A program made the position numbers and the translations under genes. The notes beneath the pieces were generated by a model. The model was not told the origin of the DNA. It saw only the letters and a program-made list of their open reading frames with translations, and searched no databases. This document shows positions 50,988-52,683 of a stretch of 52,683 nucleotides of DNA, piece after piece (the stretch's first letter is position 1; each line of letters starts with the position of its first letter). The DNA is from an uncultured Candidatus Bathyarchaeia archaeon (lineage in GTDB: Archaea; Thermoproteota; Bathyarchaeia; TCS64), in assembly GCA_964495055.1 (NCBI GenBank), contig CAZBUI010000001.1, positions 1 to 52,683 of the forward strand. Direction: 5' to 3'.

Positions 50988-52419
50988 GGTTGAACACCGA
51001 TATGACCCCCGGCGTGGGATCTATCTTCATTCTCCTCTGAAAAGGCGTCTGGTCCTGGAAGCTGCCCGAGCTCACCAGTGTGACGTTCTTGTACTTCCTG
51101 TGCTCGAATATGTGGATGTGGCCCATGACTAACACGTCGGGTATCTCCCTGATGACCAGCCGATCGATCTTCTCGGGCGCTATGGGTGTGGACTGGCCGT
51201 AGATGGGCGCCACGTGGTTGCACCTTAGAAGCAGCTCTACGGCCTTCACGGGGTTGTGGAAGTCGTGACCCGGCGTCGAGCTCAGTATATCATCCAAGGC
51301 CTTGCCGTGGGCCAACAGCATCTTCACCCCGTGGAGGCTTATGTTCGAGGGGTTGGGGAGGAGATGAACCCGCTTGTCCATGTAGAGGCTGGGTGCGTAG
51401 CTCTCGGGTATGGGGGGCTGGGGGAGGCTTCTCCTGACGGCGTCGTGGTTCCCGGGTATCACGATTATCTCCACGTAGTCGGGGAGCCGCGCCAAAAGCT
51501 TCGCGGCCTCCTCGTACTGGGCTGTCTGAGTGGTAATGGTGAGCTCATCAAGCTGGTCAGGGTAGATCCCTACACCGTCCACGAGGTCGCCGGCTATTAC
51601 CACGTACTTGACCCTCGACGCCAGCTCCCTGGAAGCCTGCGGCCCCAGATCCATGTTCATCCACTTGATGAACTTCTCGAAGAGGTCTTTCCTGAAGTAC
51701 TTGCTCCCCACGTGGACGTCGCCTATGATGACGACGCAGACGGGCTCGTTGGCCCTGCCAGATTCGTGTATGGGGACGTCCGGCCAGATGAGGTCTTCTG
51801 CGATTAGGAGGTCTTCGCTGTACTTGAGGCCGTCTATGCAGATAACCTGGTCTTCCAAGACCTCCAGCCCCTTCTTGACCACGTCGGCGCCTGACAACAT
51901 TACCGTGATGGATGCCTCAGGCGACTCCAGCTCCAGGAACAGCCTGTTGCTTCTGGTGCGTTTCCCGCTGACGATGCCTATAGTCTTGAACTTCGACTTG
52001 ACGGGGAGTTTGACGGCCTGGCTCAGGGAGATGGCGTCGCGGACGTCCACACGTCTCTTGAGTATTACCTCCAGCTGGGCGAACCTGCTGTTGAACAAGT
52101 CTATGAAGCCGTCCACGTCCCCCAGGGGAGACGGCTCATCCACGGGCGTGACCTCCAGCCTGGGCGCTATCCTCGCGGCCATGGGTGGCCGGGCTTCTCG
52201 CGTCGTCTGTCTTGTTTCAGGCGCCTTGGAGAGGCTCAGCAGGAACTTCTGGTCTATGACGTGGAGTTCAGGGTTGCTTTCGGCTGTCTGGAGGGCCTTG
52301 TCTATGACGTCCTTCACCTGCTCCAAGGGTAGTTCCTGGAGGTGGGTGAAAGCGTCTGGGGCGAGCTGGTACCCCTTCTCTACCACCCTGTTGAGGATGG
52401 GCAGGAGTTCCTGTGTCAC
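50941..52419 (-). CDS. DNA polymerase II (PolD) small subunit DP1
   Basis: 492 aa. An OB-fold region is followed by calcineurin-like phosphoesterase motifs VVIIGDVHVGS, IAGDLVDG, IPGNHD and MGHIH. The N-terminal helical domain is typical of DP1. Confidence 0.9.
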   Translation of the reverse strand: MTQELLPILNRVVEKGYQLAPDAFTHLQELPLEQVKDVIDKALQTAESNPELHVIDQKFLLSLSKAPETRQTTREARPPMAARIAPRLEVTPVDEPSPLGDVDGFIDLFNSRFAQLEVILKRRVDVRDAISLSQAVKLPVKSKFKTIGIVSGKRTRSNRLFLELESPEASITVMLSGADVVKKGLEVLEDQVICIDGLKYSEDLLIAEDLIWPDVPIHESGRANEPVCVVIIGDVHVGSKYFRKDLFEKFIKWMNMDLGPQASRELASRVKYVVIAGDLVDGVGIYPDQLDELTITTQTAQYEEAAKLLARLPDYVEIIVIPGNHDAVRRSLPQPPIPESYAPSLYMDKRVHLLPNPSNISLHGVKMLLAHGKALDDILSSTPGHDFHNPVKAVELLLRCNHVAPIYGQSTPIAPEKIDRLVIREIPDVLVMGHIHIFEHRKYKNVTLVSSGSFQDQTPFQRRMKIDPTPGVISVFNLMNHQNIPLDLELLE

Positions 52420-52429
52420 GGCGGATCGT

Positions 52430-52683
52430 TTACTTGGCTGCTATCACGTAGTCGACTCTCGGCGGGCTGAAAGCCTCTATTATCACGGCTGGCTCGTCTC
52501 CGGTGGTGATGAACTTGTGCTCCTCGTTGGGGGGAACGCGCCAGGCCACCCCCGGGGTGGCTTTGACCGTCCTGCCGCCGCTGCTCAGCTCTCCCCTCCC
52601 CGATATTAGGGTGCCCATCTGCTCGTGGGGGTGGCTGTGCCAGTCTACGACGGCGCCGGGCTGGATGACTATGTAGCAGAGGG
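52430..52683 (-). CDS. Cupin-domain protein (5' end outside the window)
   Basis: The reverse translation to the window edge reads LCYIVIQPGAVVDWHSHPHEQMGTLISGRGEL..., which is cupin motif 1 (HxH...E...G). The frame is open to the window end, so the ATG at 52618 is internal. The stop lies 10 nt upstream of the DP1 start. Confidence 0.75.
   Translation of the reverse strand, partial: LCYIVIQPGAVVDWHSHPHEQMGTLISGRGELSSGGRTVKATPGVAWRVPPNEEHKFITTGDEPAVIIEAFSPPRVDYVIAAK

Noticed and set aside
1-52683. CRISPR arrays, tRNA/rRNA genes, C/D-box sRNAs, transposases, integrases and att-like direct repeats flanking the AT-rich block.
   Set aside because: Visual scanning of the intergenic regions found no regularly spaced repeats, no cloverleaf-compatible sequences and no RUGAUGA...CUGA box pairs. 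I found no recombinase-like ORFs and no shared repeat at 9590-9775 versus 16005-16048. This is a by-eye result only. tRNAscan, Infernal and repeat finders would be decisive.

Overview
This 52.7 kb window looks like an archaeal chromosome segment. The evidence is a PolD small subunit (DP1), an archaeal translin, fused ADP-forming acyl-CoA synthetase, indolepyruvate:ferredoxin oxidoreductase and tungsten-type aldehyde:ferredoxin oxidoreductase. AT-rich TATA-like boxes sit about 25-60 nt upstream of starts, and oligo-T tracts follow stops. I found no rRNA, tRNA, CRISPR array, transposase or integrase by eye.

Gene content is mainly amino-acid and peptide catabolism. (1) An aminotransferase / iorAB / ACD / AOR fermentation block lies at about 3.5-11.6 kb. 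(2) A visibly AT-richer block at about 9.6-16 kb carries AOR, a DapA-family lyase, GlcD/GlcF-like oxidase subunits and a zinc-ribbon membrane protein. (3) A D-aminoacylase, a DAO-family flavoprotein, MFS transporters and a beta-propeller membrane protein follow. (4) At about 27.9-42.6 kb there is an island with a hydantoin-type racemase, a five-gene Dpp/Opp-type ABC importer, an M29/NicX-like protein, ATP-dependent hydantoinase/oxoprolinase A and B, an M19 dipeptidase and a creatininase-family hydrolase. (5) The right end carries housekeeping and regulatory genes: a GAF histidine kinase, two XRE-HTH/membrane-protein cassettes, translin, cysS, a wHTH/RHH divergent pair, DUF99, PolD DP1 and a cupin.

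The most interesting points are these:
- The cyclic-amide/peptide island may form one pathway.
- Two promoter regions are highly structured: three operators phased at exactly 21 bp, and a divergent promoter with palindromes plus tandem GTAAAC repeats.
- The ACD has a beta-then-alpha fused domain order.
- Recognisable genes are disrupted unusually often, by in-frame TAG/TGA/TAA codons and 1-nt frameshifts.

All functional calls rest on motif and family recognition by eye. No database search was run.
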